A stretch of DNA of 20,000 bases from an uncultured virus (IMG/VR IMGVR_UViG_3300042351_001072). Lineage: Duplodnaviria > Heunggongvirae > Uroviricota > Caudoviricetes. The notes beneath the pieces are model-generated. The model made no database searches. It had not been told where the DNA came from and saw only the letters and a program-made list of their open reading frames with translations. The position numbers and the translations under genes were made by a program. Positions 7,936 to 15,188 of this stretch are shown here, piece after piece; positions within the stretch are counted from its first letter, which is position 1, and each line of letters starts with the position of its first letter. The DNA lies in the IMG/VR virus record IMGVR_UViG_3300042351_001072. One strand, written 5' to 3'.

Positions 7936-8597
7936 TCTATATCTTCAAGTTTTATTTCAAGATGTAAATCACTGTCAACCTGTTCTCTAGTATTCCAAAT
8001 ATGTTCAATTTCAATTTCTTGTTTAGTTACAGTTATTACTCCAGTAGCACCTTCATTGTTTTCCCAACCACCAAATGATCGTTCCAAATAAGTATAAACA
8101 ACGTCTTCCATTCCCGCACTCAAATCATATTCAACTCCATTATTTCCTTCACCTTTATCTTCAATGTGTCCATCATCTCCACCGCCTTCATATTTAACCG
8201 TAATTGATTCAAGGTTGTGTTCATCTAAAAATGAATTTACTTCCTCGTTACCATTTAATTCATAACTATCACCAGCAGATTCTTCACCATTTTCTGTTAT
8301 TTCACTAGTAATAATCATAATTTTTGATTCCACTTTAAATTTTATAAATAAACGGTAATACTCCTCCTCACTTTCACTTTGAGACCCATACCATATTTTA
8401 TGACCATATTTTTCTATAATCATATCAAAAAGTGGTAAAAAATTAGACGGAATTTTAACGTCTTTACGTAATCCATTAATCCATACTTTTTCATCCCACC
8501 ATTCTATACTAGTTATTTCCATGCTAAAATCAACGGATGCCTCGTCGGTATTAAATTGTTCTAAATAAAGGAAAAATGATGTTAATAATCTTTTCAT
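7932..8597 (-). CDS. Acidic protein with DUF6878-like C-terminal domain
   Basis: VKYEGGGDDGHIE and GGWENNEGATG motifs; family name from recall. Confidence 0.7.
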   Translation of the reverse strand: MKRLLTSFFLYLEQFNTDEASVDFSMEITSIEWWDEKVWINGLRKDVKIPSNFLPLFDMIIEKYGHKIWYGSQSESEEEYYRLFIKFKVESKIMIITSEITENGEESAGDSYELNGNEEVNSFLDEHNLESITVKYEGGGDDGHIEDKGEGNNGVEYDLSAGMEDVVYTYLERSFGGWENNEGATGVITVTKQEIEIEHIWNTREQVDSDLHLEIKLEDIE

Positions 8598-8611
8598 AAT
8601 ACTATTTTATA

Positions 8612-8619
8612 ATAAATAT
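8612..8619 (-). promoter_or_regulatory. ATATTTAT putative late promoter
   Basis: In the short intergenic gap, 14 nt before ATG 8597. Confidence 0.5.
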
Positions 8620-8622
8620 AAG

Positions 8623-8976
8623 TTAATCGTCAAATTTCATCTTCATTGTACGTATCATCCACATTGGTCTTTCGTTTGACTCAATAGCCTTTATCCAATC
8701 GTGAGCACTTGGAATATAATTATTACAATCTTCTTTGATGTGATCTTCCCCCACATATCGTGTATAAACGACTTTACCATCACTATTGATGAATGAGGAC
8801 CCAAATATCTTTTCCATCTCAAAAATACCCTCTGAATGATGTCTAAACATCCTGTGTAAAGAATTTCCAACCCATGCTTTGGTCTCATCCAACCAATTAT
8901 GTAAATGGATATAATCTTCTTCTTTACCTCCGTATTTCTTAACTGAACTTTTTGCGTGTATTAATGGGTGTGCCAT
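8623..8976 (-). CDS. His-rich DUF6915-like protein
   Basis: MAHPLIHAKSSVKKYGG..EDY..HNWLDETK...HRMFRHHSEG...EDHIKED...IPS; family name from recall. Confidence 0.75.
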   Translation of the reverse strand: MAHPLIHAKSSVKKYGGKEEDYIHLHNWLDETKAWVGNSLHRMFRHHSEGIFEMEKIFGSSFINSDGKVVYTRYVGEDHIKEDCNNYIPSAHDWIKAIESNERPMWMIRTMKMKFDD

Positions 8977-9026
8977 GATAAATGATTTTTTTATATAATA
9001 GTGAATTTTATAATGGAATTGTAGTG

Positions 9027-9034
9027 ATATTTAT
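9027..9034 (+). promoter_or_regulatory. ATATTTAT putative late promoter
   Basis: GTGATATTTAT ending 5 nt before ATG 9040; orientation follows the plus-strand gene. Confidence 0.65.
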
Positions 9035-9039
9035 TATAT

Positions 9040-9240
9040 ATGAAAATTATAATCACAGAGAAACAAGCCGATATACTATTTGGAAATAAGATCCATTGTT
9101 CAAAATGTGATCACTCATGGAAAAAAGAAAAGGATGATAAACATCCTTATTTATGCCATTCATGTGGTTGGGATAACAAATCCAAAAAATATAATAAAGT
9201 AGAACTAAAAAAGTTTTGGGATAACCATACCAAAAAATAG
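9040..9240 (+). CDS. Small zinc-ribbon protein with MKIIITEKQ leader
   Basis: CSKC...CHSC pair in 66 aa. Confidence 0.85.
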   Translation: MKIIITEKQADILFGNKIHCSKCDHSWKKEKDDKHPYLCHSCGWDNKSKKYNKVELKKFWDNHTKK

Positions 9241-9241
9241 G

Positions 9242-11008
9242 TTATGCACGTTTTTGAACATAATTATTAGTAATCGCTTTAGAGGTAACTCCTTTAACCA
9301 TATCATTAGCTTTTTTGACCACATTATCATCATTACTAGCAAGTTGGGTTCCTTTGTCTATAAGTTTACCAAATTGATCATATGCTTTATATCCTTTATC
9401 CGCAGTTTTTGCATAATCACCTGATTTAACCGCCCCTTTAAAATCTTTTGTAAGTATTTTTTTATAATCCCCAATACCATAACCTAATTCAAGTGCGGTC
9501 TTTGCTTTATCACCAGCAACATAACCCGTAGCGTCCGCAGTGTATCCTTTTACTTTATCTTTAGCCGGATCGTATATAACTTTCTGTGTTATTTTTTTAG
9601 CATCTGCTTTAATTTGATCTTGAGTCAATTTTTTAATTCCAAGATCGGTCGCAAGTTTGGTTTCCGACGCAGCTCCCGTACCAGACCATTTCACTATACC
9701 TTGGAAAAGTTGTTCCATCCACGCAGCAGCTTTAGTAACCATGCCACCAATAGTTGTCGCACCAAGTTTTTCAACTACCCATGTACCCGCTTGTTTTATT
9801 AGACCCGCCGCCCAACTCAACGCACCACCAATCTTACTAACCCAAGGTTTAACGTATTTAATAAACCAAGATTGTTTGGCAATCTTTTGAAAAAATGAAC
9901 CAATTGTGCCTCCCGCCCCAAAAAATGGTTTTAGGAACTTACCAATGATTTTTGCTAATGCCCCCGCAGTACATAGACCAATTACGCTAAAAAATAATTT
10001 ACCCCAAGAACCAATACCTGAAGCAATTTGTGATACATCAAATAATGTTAATGCCGCCCATGCCGCGGTAACCCCAAGTGCCCCAACACCTGTATAATCT
10101 AATAATGTTTGTAGTATTGCCCCACCTGTACTCATAAGAATATCTCTCATTTGTTCAAAGAACCAAGGTATTCCTTTTTCTTTTAACCATGTAAAACCTT
10201 TTTTAACCAAATCAACACCAGCACCCGCAGCCGCTAAAAAAGTATTATAATTGGCTCCACTATAACCCAAACCTTCTAATCTTTTCCAAATTGCTCGGTA
10301 TTGAGTCGGATCAAAGTCTGACATCTCAGCATTAAGCCAAGCTCTAAGATTTCCATATGGTTTAATTTGATATGCAATTATTTCATTAACTTTATCTAAA
10401 ATATTTTTATTTACAATAAGATCTATTGCTTTAACCGCATCATCTTCATTTGTTCCGTCGTAGTCATCAAATACGTTATCACCATCAAGATCAAACGCCC
10501 TTTTTAACGCATTAACAACAGAATATGCCGCACTATCATTTTTAGCTTTAATATCAGCCTCACTCTTTAAAAACGCCGCCTTTTGTTCAGGTGTCATTTT
10601 TGCAAGAGCGTCATTTCTTTTTTGATTTTCAGCATCAATTTTTTTATCAATATCTTTAATCCATCCCCATCCCGACCAATCGTCGTCTTCTTCTTCAGAT
10701 AATATATTTGACTTTGTAACTTCATTTACAAAACTTTCTTTTAGAAACGAAAAGAATTTATCAACCTCATTTTTAGGATTGAATGTTGATTCAACAATTA
10801 CGTCACCATTAAACTCCCTTTCGTAACTCTCTCTAATAGTTTTATTATTACCAAATAAATTAGTAATGTACTCATTCTGACTTTCCTTTAGGAATACCGC
10901 TTTATTTGTGAAGTTAGGATTTGTCTCCATCTCAAATAAATGTAATCCCCTATGAAAATCTAATTGTCTTTCAACTTTAGATAAGTAATAATTTAACCTA
11001 TTGTCCAT
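9242..11008 (-). CDS. Large helical protein with annexin-repeat-like motif and Gly/Ala-rich hydrophobic region; candidate ejection/membrane protein
   Basis: 588 aa; several (L/I)xE-S/E sites in the first ~105 aa; GTNEDDAVKAI...YGNLRAWLNAEMS; hydrophobic GVGALGVTAAWAALTLF and LFFSVIGLCTAGALAKIIG. Confidence 0.65.
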   Translation of the reverse strand: MDNRLNYYLSKVERQLDFHRGLHLFEMETNPNFTNKAVFLKESQNEYITNLFGNNKTIRESYEREFNGDVIVESTFNPKNEVDKFFSFLKESFVNEVTKSNILSEEEDDDWSGWGWIKDIDKKIDAENQKRNDALAKMTPEQKAAFLKSEADIKAKNDSAAYSVVNALKRAFDLDGDNVFDDYDGTNEDDAVKAIDLIVNKNILDKVNEIIAYQIKPYGNLRAWLNAEMSDFDPTQYRAIWKRLEGLGYSGANYNTFLAAAGAGVDLVKKGFTWLKEKGIPWFFEQMRDILMSTGGAILQTLLDYTGVGALGVTAAWAALTLFDVSQIASGIGSWGKLFFSVIGLCTAGALAKIIGKFLKPFFGAGGTIGSFFQKIAKQSWFIKYVKPWVSKIGGALSWAAGLIKQAGTWVVEKLGATTIGGMVTKAAAWMEQLFQGIVKWSGTGAASETKLATDLGIKKLTQDQIKADAKKITQKVIYDPAKDKVKGYTADATGYVAGDKAKTALELGYGIGDYKKILTKDFKGAVKSGDYAKTADKGYKAYDQFGKLIDKGTQLASNDDNVVKKANDMVKGVTSKAITNNYVQKRA

Positions 11009-11029
11009 AATATTTTTAATTCTTATATA

Positions 11030-11037
11030 ATAAATAT
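11030..11037 (-). promoter_or_regulatory. ATATTTAT putative late promoter (divergent pair, left)
   Basis: 21 nt upstream of ATG 11008. Confidence 0.55.
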
Positions 11038-11067
11038 TACCATATACTAAAAACTATGATTTTTAAT

Positions 11068-11075
11068 ATATTTAT
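11068..11075 (+). promoter_or_regulatory. ATATTTAT putative late promoter (divergent pair, right)
   Basis: 7 nt upstream of ATG 11083. Confidence 0.65.
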
Positions 11076-11082
11076 ATAAAGT

Positions 11083-12054
11083 ATGAAAGATATTAAATTA
11101 CATAGTATTATAAAAAGAGTATTGTTGGAAGAGGTTGACGATAAGGCTTTTACCAAAAGAGAAATAATATTCTTTAAATTTTTAAACGAGTTTAAAGAAT
11201 CCGCTCAACCATCATCAGAAAAGTTAAGTAAATTTATCCAAAGTAATATGTCTTCATTTGGTTTTAAACCTGAGGACTATACCGAACTTTCAAATAGGTA
11301 CACTCAGAATTATAGAGAAGATGGCAGATACGAGGACACTAAAACAAGTGAACTTAAACAATATCACAACTTAAAAACTAAAAAGGTAACCAACACAAAC
11401 GCATCCGAAAGAGTCTCAGAACTACTACCATTTAAAGGATCTAACTTAGAAGGTAGATGGGAACAAGACGGTAAAGGTGATTGGGGTTATGTCGTTCTTT
11501 CATATAATTGGTATCCTATATACATTTACAAATATAAAAAATGGTTTGAAACTTCTAATTCATATTCATCATCCACATCTAAACAGATGAGGAATACAAG
11601 ACCAACAAGATGGAATAGTAAGATAGGAAAACAAATGTTGATTTGTGATCGTAATGAGATGGATCAGATAAGACGTGGTTCTATTAGTCCAGAACAATTA
11701 GTTGTAAATAAAAATAACAATTTTACTGAATCAATTGATAAATTGATTGACTCACATACTTTACAAACAATCAGAGTTGGTTGGTTCCCAAGATTAAGAT
11801 TATCGTTTTACTACACAGGAGTTAGATTCAATGAGAAAATGCCTGAGGTAGACATAAACATTGTTAAAGTTGATAAGATAATTGATAACAAAATAGATAG
11901 AGAATCAGGTGATTTCTTTACAGGTAATATGGTTGGTGTCACTGAAGAATATTTAAAAACCTCAGTTAATTCACACTTTGAAAGATCATTTACTGAAATG
12001 TTAGGTAGAGATCTATCCGAAAGTATAATAGTTAACATATCTTTTAAAAAATAA
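11083..12054 (+). CDS. Hypothetical protein with MKDIKLHSIIKRVLLEE leader
   Basis: 323 aa; central YVVLSY.WYPI...WF....YSSSTSKQ resembles a small stand-alone phage domain. Confidence 0.85.
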   Translation: MKDIKLHSIIKRVLLEEVDDKAFTKREIIFFKFLNEFKESAQPSSEKLSKFIQSNMSSFGFKPEDYTELSNRYTQNYREDGRYEDTKTSELKQYHNLKTKKVTNTNASERVSELLPFKGSNLEGRWEQDGKGDWGYVVLSYNWYPIYIYKYKKWFETSNSYSSSTSKQMRNTRPTRWNSKIGKQMLICDRNEMDQIRRGSISPEQLVVNKNNNFTESIDKLIDSHTLQTIRVGWFPRLRLSFYYTGVRFNEKMPEVDINIVKVDKIIDNKIDRESGDFFTGNMVGVTEEYLKTSVNSHFERSFTEMLGRDLSESIIVNISFKK

Positions 12055-12085
12055 AAAAGTCGGATCTAAGTCCGACTTTATTTTT
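12052..12085. terminator. Bidirectional intrinsic terminator
   Basis: Perfect stem AAAGTCGGA-tctaag-TCCGACTTT (12056-12079), A-tract before and T-tract after, between convergent genes. Confidence 0.85.
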
Positions 12086-12098
12086 ACAATCCTTAATT

Positions 12099-12335
12099 TT
12101 ATAACCCGTAGTTAACTCTTTTATCACCTAACAATTCCAAGGCTTTCTCAACCGCCATGTCTTTGTTTTTAAGACCACGTTCTTTAATCTTCTTACCATG
12201 TACGATTTGATAAGTAGTTGAAGCGACTTCTTTGTTATCACCTTTCCCAGATTGTTTTTTAATAGCTTCCATCGCATAAACATCTAAAAAACCAACTTTA
12301 CAAATGTAACGACCTTTTGTTGAACCTTTTACCAT
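12099..12335 (-). CDS. Small basic hypothetical protein
   Basis: 78-aa ORF with an A-rich leader and host-type promoter. Confidence 0.8.
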   Translation of the reverse strand: MVKGSTKGRYICKVGFLDVYAMEAIKKQSGKGDNKEVASTTYQIVHGKKIKERGLKNKDMAVEKALELLGDKRVNYGL

Positions 12336-12368
12336 TTTTTTATTTTTTTGTTTTAATTAATACTTCTA

Positions 12369-12376
12369 CAAATGTA
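12369..12376 (-). promoter_or_regulatory. Bacteroidota-type -7 element TACATTTG
   Basis: TAnnTTTG in the intergenic gap; GTTG 20 nt upstream (12397-12400). Confidence 0.65.
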
Positions 12377-12381
12377 CGAAT

Positions 12382-12729
12382 TTATTTTTGATCTGACAAC
12401 ATAAAATTTAAAAATTTTCTTATTGTCCTAATAATTTTTACTCTTTCAGGATCTTGTTCATCCATATCGTAAACATAATCAGTCATATCATTTTCATATA
12501 ACATATTTACAATACTATTTTCCATGTCTTTTTTTGACATATACCCATTAAACCCATATCCTGGCAACCCTTCAAATTTGTATTCCTTAACTTTTAATCC
12601 TCCCCAGTCATCACCTATCTTTCTTTCGTTAACCTTAAGTCTTCTAATTAAGAAATAAAACAATTTACTATCTATATCTTCGTGTTGTGAAGATATTTGT
12701 TCATTCTCATTCAAAGTTGACTTAATCAT
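12382..12729 (-). CDS. Hypothetical protein with MIKSTLNENE leader
   Basis: 115-aa ORF abutting the stop of the ferritin-like gene. Confidence 0.8.
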   Translation of the reverse strand: MIKSTLNENEQISSQHEDIDSKLFYFLIRRLKVNERKIGDDWGGLKVKEYKFEGLPGYGFNGYMSKKDMENSIVNMLYENDMTDYVYDMDEQDPERVKIIRTIRKFLNFMLSDQK

Positions 12730-13218
12730 TTATTTAAGAAATTTTAATTTGTAAAGAGTAGAATTTATTAGTTCTTCTACAGTATCAATTTGGTTCTGCA
12801 AATAACTTTCTTTAACTGAATCACGATTATCAGAAATAACATCCAATAACTCTTTAAAGTACTTAATTAATTGATCATTTGACTTATAATCAACCATATC
12901 AAAAGTTTTGTAATTTTTAACTAATCCGTGTTTACCCTGATATGATTCAACTAACCCGTCAACTAATCCATCTATACCTTCATAATATTTTTGTAGTGCT
13001 TTATGTTCTGAATATGAAGTTGTTTGTAAATGAAGGATATGTACTTGTGTTTGTGAATGTAATAACTTACAAACTATTTCACAAAACTGATCATTACTTC
13101 CTTCGGACTCTGAATCATTTTCATTATTGTCATCTTTGTCTTCAATTGTATCTTCCTGTTCGTATAAACCTTGTTTTTTTAATTCTTCAAACAATTTTTC
13201 TGTTAGATTTTTTTCCAT
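12730..13218 (-). CDS. Phage Dps/ferritin-like protein (DUF5856-like) with N-terminal leader and acidic linker
   Basis: HILHLQTTSYSEHKALQKYYEGIDGLVDGLVESYQG and LQNQIDTVEELINSTLYKLKFL. Confidence 0.8.
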   Translation of the reverse strand: MEKNLTEKLFEELKKQGLYEQEDTIEDKDDNNENDSESEGSNDQFCEIVCKLLHSQTQVHILHLQTTSYSEHKALQKYYEGIDGLVDGLVESYQGKHGLVKNYKTFDMVDYKSNDQLIKYFKELLDVISDNRDSVKESYLQNQIDTVEELINSTLYKLKFLK

Positions 13219-13230
13219 AGTTTTTTATTA

Positions 13231-13238
13231 ATAAATAT
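13231..13238 (-). promoter_or_regulatory. ATATTTAT putative late promoter
   Basis: 12 nt upstream of ATG 13218. Confidence 0.6.
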
Positions 13239-13246
13239 ACTCAAGT

Positions 13247-13747
13247 TTATGATTTTACAACCAAATCCTTTTCTGATATAATAATACTAGATTCATCAAA
13301 CGTACTATCTAACCTTAATATCTCATTTTTAATCTCAGAAAATGAAGACCACAATAACGATCCTTCAGTTTTTGGACTGTAATCATTATCAACCAAATAT
13401 TGTACTATAGTATTTTCTTCCAATGTTATGAACCCATGAGCAAACCCTCTTGGGACAATTAATTCATCACCACCTTTCATTTCAAAAAATTGGCAGTTAT
13501 TATACGATCTAAGTGGTTTCCTTAAATCCACCACAAAATCTAAAATTCTACCATTAATGACCTTTACCAATTTTGCTTGGGAGGTTTCTCCTGTTTGATA
13601 ATGTAATCCTCTTAATGTAAACTTTTTTGGGTTCACGCTAATATTACTTTGTTTCCATTCCTTGTCTAATTCAAACAACGAAAGAGGACTAAATGATCCT
13701 CTCTCATCATAGAATATTCTGTTGTTGATTATTCTTGGTTGTTCCAT
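13247..13747 (-). CDS. rmlC: dTDP-4-dehydrorhamnose 3,5-epimerase
   Basis: DERGSF, TLRGLHYQ, QAKLVKVINGRILDFVVDLR, VPRGFAHGFITL, ISEKD. Confidence 0.93.
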   Translation of the reverse strand: MEQPRIINNRIFYDERGSFSPLSLFELDKEWKQSNISVNPKKFTLRGLHYQTGETSQAKLVKVINGRILDFVVDLRKPLRSYNNCQFFEMKGGDELIVPRGFAHGFITLEENTIVQYLVDNDYSPKTEGSLLWSSFSEIKNEILRLDSTFDESSIIISEKDLVVKS

Positions 13748-14439
13748 TATATAAATTTAATTTCGTTAGTTATAGGGTCCCAATCAATATTCCATGGAGT
13801 ATGTGAATAAAGATATCGTTCGTTCAATACAGACGCATTGAAGTAGTGTGTGTGACCATCAAAGTAGTGTCCATGACCAGTATGGATATGACCACAGATA
13901 TGGATCTTAGGTTTGATTTGTTTGATTCTCTCCGCAAGTAATTCACAACCCAAGTGAACATTGCGGTTACCTTCAACATCATCTAATATTCCCCAAGCCG
14001 GTCCGTGAGTAATCAATATATCAATACCTTCAGGAATCATATCCCATTTTGCTTTCAACTCTTCACCATTTCGTGGTAAGTTAAATGCCCAATTGTAGAA
14101 CTCAGGTTGCCAAGGAGATCCCCAAATTTTAACTTCAGGACCATCACCATCTTGTGTAGTCATTAACTCATCTTGGACGTATTCAATAGTCTTGTACCCT
14201 GTTAATATATCTTTTACTTTCTCAACATTGTTTTGAAAACCCCAATCATGATTACCTGCAATGAATACTTTATGGTCATAGGTTACGATTTTATCGTACC
14301 AAGCAGCAAACTCACGTATCTCGTGTTCGTAACCCATAGAACTAATATCACCCGCATGGATTAACAAATCACCACCAGGTAAATCGTGGTGTACGTGTTT
14401 GTGTTTTCCGTGTGTGTCTGATATGATAGTTAATTTCAT
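13747..14439 (-). CDS. Calcineurin-like metallophosphoesterase (MPPED/239FB-like); start ATG 14439
   Basis: SDTH, HAGD, AGNHD, GSPWQP, LITHGP, GHIH; the track's TTG start at 14454 would run through the promoter. Confidence 0.92.
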   Translation of the reverse strand: MKLTIISDTHGKHKHVHHDLPGGDLLIHAGDISSMGYEHEIREFAAWYDKIVTYDHKVFIAGNHDWGFQNNVEKVKDILTGYKTIEYVQDELMTTQDGDGPEVKIWGSPWQPEFYNWAFNLPRNGEELKAKWDMIPEGIDILITHGPAWGILDDVEGNRNVHLGCELLAERIKQIKPKIHICGHIHTGHGHYFDGHTHYFNASVLNERYLYSHTPWNIDWDPITNEIKFI

Positions 14440-14443
14440 AATA

Positions 14444-14475
14444 CAAATATACAAAATTAATAGTGTAAATCCAAA
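14444..14475 (-). promoter_or_regulatory. Bacteroidota-type promoter TTTG-N20-TATATTTG
   Basis: TTTG (14472-14475) and TATATTTG (14444-14451), 4 nt before ATG 14439. Confidence 0.75.
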
Positions 14476-14849
14476 TAAAGATTGTCGTCATCTGTATATT
14501 TTACACAACAAAATGCAGGATGGTATTGGTCTTTCAAATCATCAGTTAACTCATGAATATGTTTTGAAGGATCATCCACATAGTACATTGGTTCTTCTCC
14601 ATTCTTTCTCCTTTGGATTTCTTCTTCCATTCGGGCATTATGGGTCATAGACATATTATACTGTTCTCCTTCTTTCAATACCACACCCCATCCGTGTTGC
14701 TCATAATACTTATCTTCAACTCTTTGGGCAAGAACAAGAGCATCATCAGGTAATTCAGGATGATCCTCCAAAAACTTTCTAAGTTTCCCGATGGTAAGGT
14801 AATATTCGTAATTACCTTTTAAATCATCAATGACATTTATTTTACCCAT
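14457..14849 (-). CDS. Hypothetical protein
   Basis: 130-aa ORF in the minus-strand gene run. Confidence 0.8.
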   Translation of the reverse strand: MGKINVIDDLKGNYEYYLTIGKLRKFLEDHPELPDDALVLAQRVEDKYYEQHGWGVVLKEGEQYNMSMTHNARMEEEIQRRKNGEEPMYYVDDPSKHIHELTDDLKDQYHPAFCCVKYTDDDNLYLDLHY

Positions 14850-14862
14850 TACACTAATTTTT

Positions 14863-15183
14863 TTATTTAGTTTTATAATCGTTCCACTTCCATCCTAGAA
14901 ATAGTTTCATACATTTTCTATGTAACCAATTTGGTTTTTTCTCAAAATGAATACAAAACCCTTCGCCAGCACCAATACAATATTTGCCAACCTTCTTTAC
15001 TATTTTATTTTCTTCACTTTTTGTAACATATGGTTTTTCTGAGTTATCAACTTGATGATTATCCAAATTTTCTTCAGTTATTACTTTTTTCTTTCTAGGT
15101 TTATAAGTCCTTTTTTTTGGTTTTTTTTCTACTACAGGTCTACCCGTAGTAACCGTTTCTTTTAAAATTATTTTTTCTGTCAT
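14863..15183 (-). CDS. Lysine-rich hypothetical protein
   Basis: 106 aa; KKPKKRTYKPRKKK. Confidence 0.75.
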   Translation of the reverse strand: MTEKIILKETVTTGRPVVEKKPKKRTYKPRKKKVITEENLDNHQVDNSEKPYVTKSEENKIVKKVGKYCIGAGEGFCIHFEKKPNWLHRKCMKLFLGWKWNDYKTK

Positions 15184-15188
15184 TTTTT

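Noticed and set aside
8978..8985. TCATTTAT before the DUF6915-like gene as another late motif
   Set aside because: Mismatch in the core and only 1 nt from the ATG.
9242..11008. Tape measure protein
   Set aside because: Too short for a large phage, no tail genes nearby, and it has a propeptide-like N-terminus.
207..13238. Canonical T4 gp55 late promoters (TATAAATA)
   Set aside because: Matches lie on the template strand of the adjacent genes; the coding-strand motif is TATTTAT.
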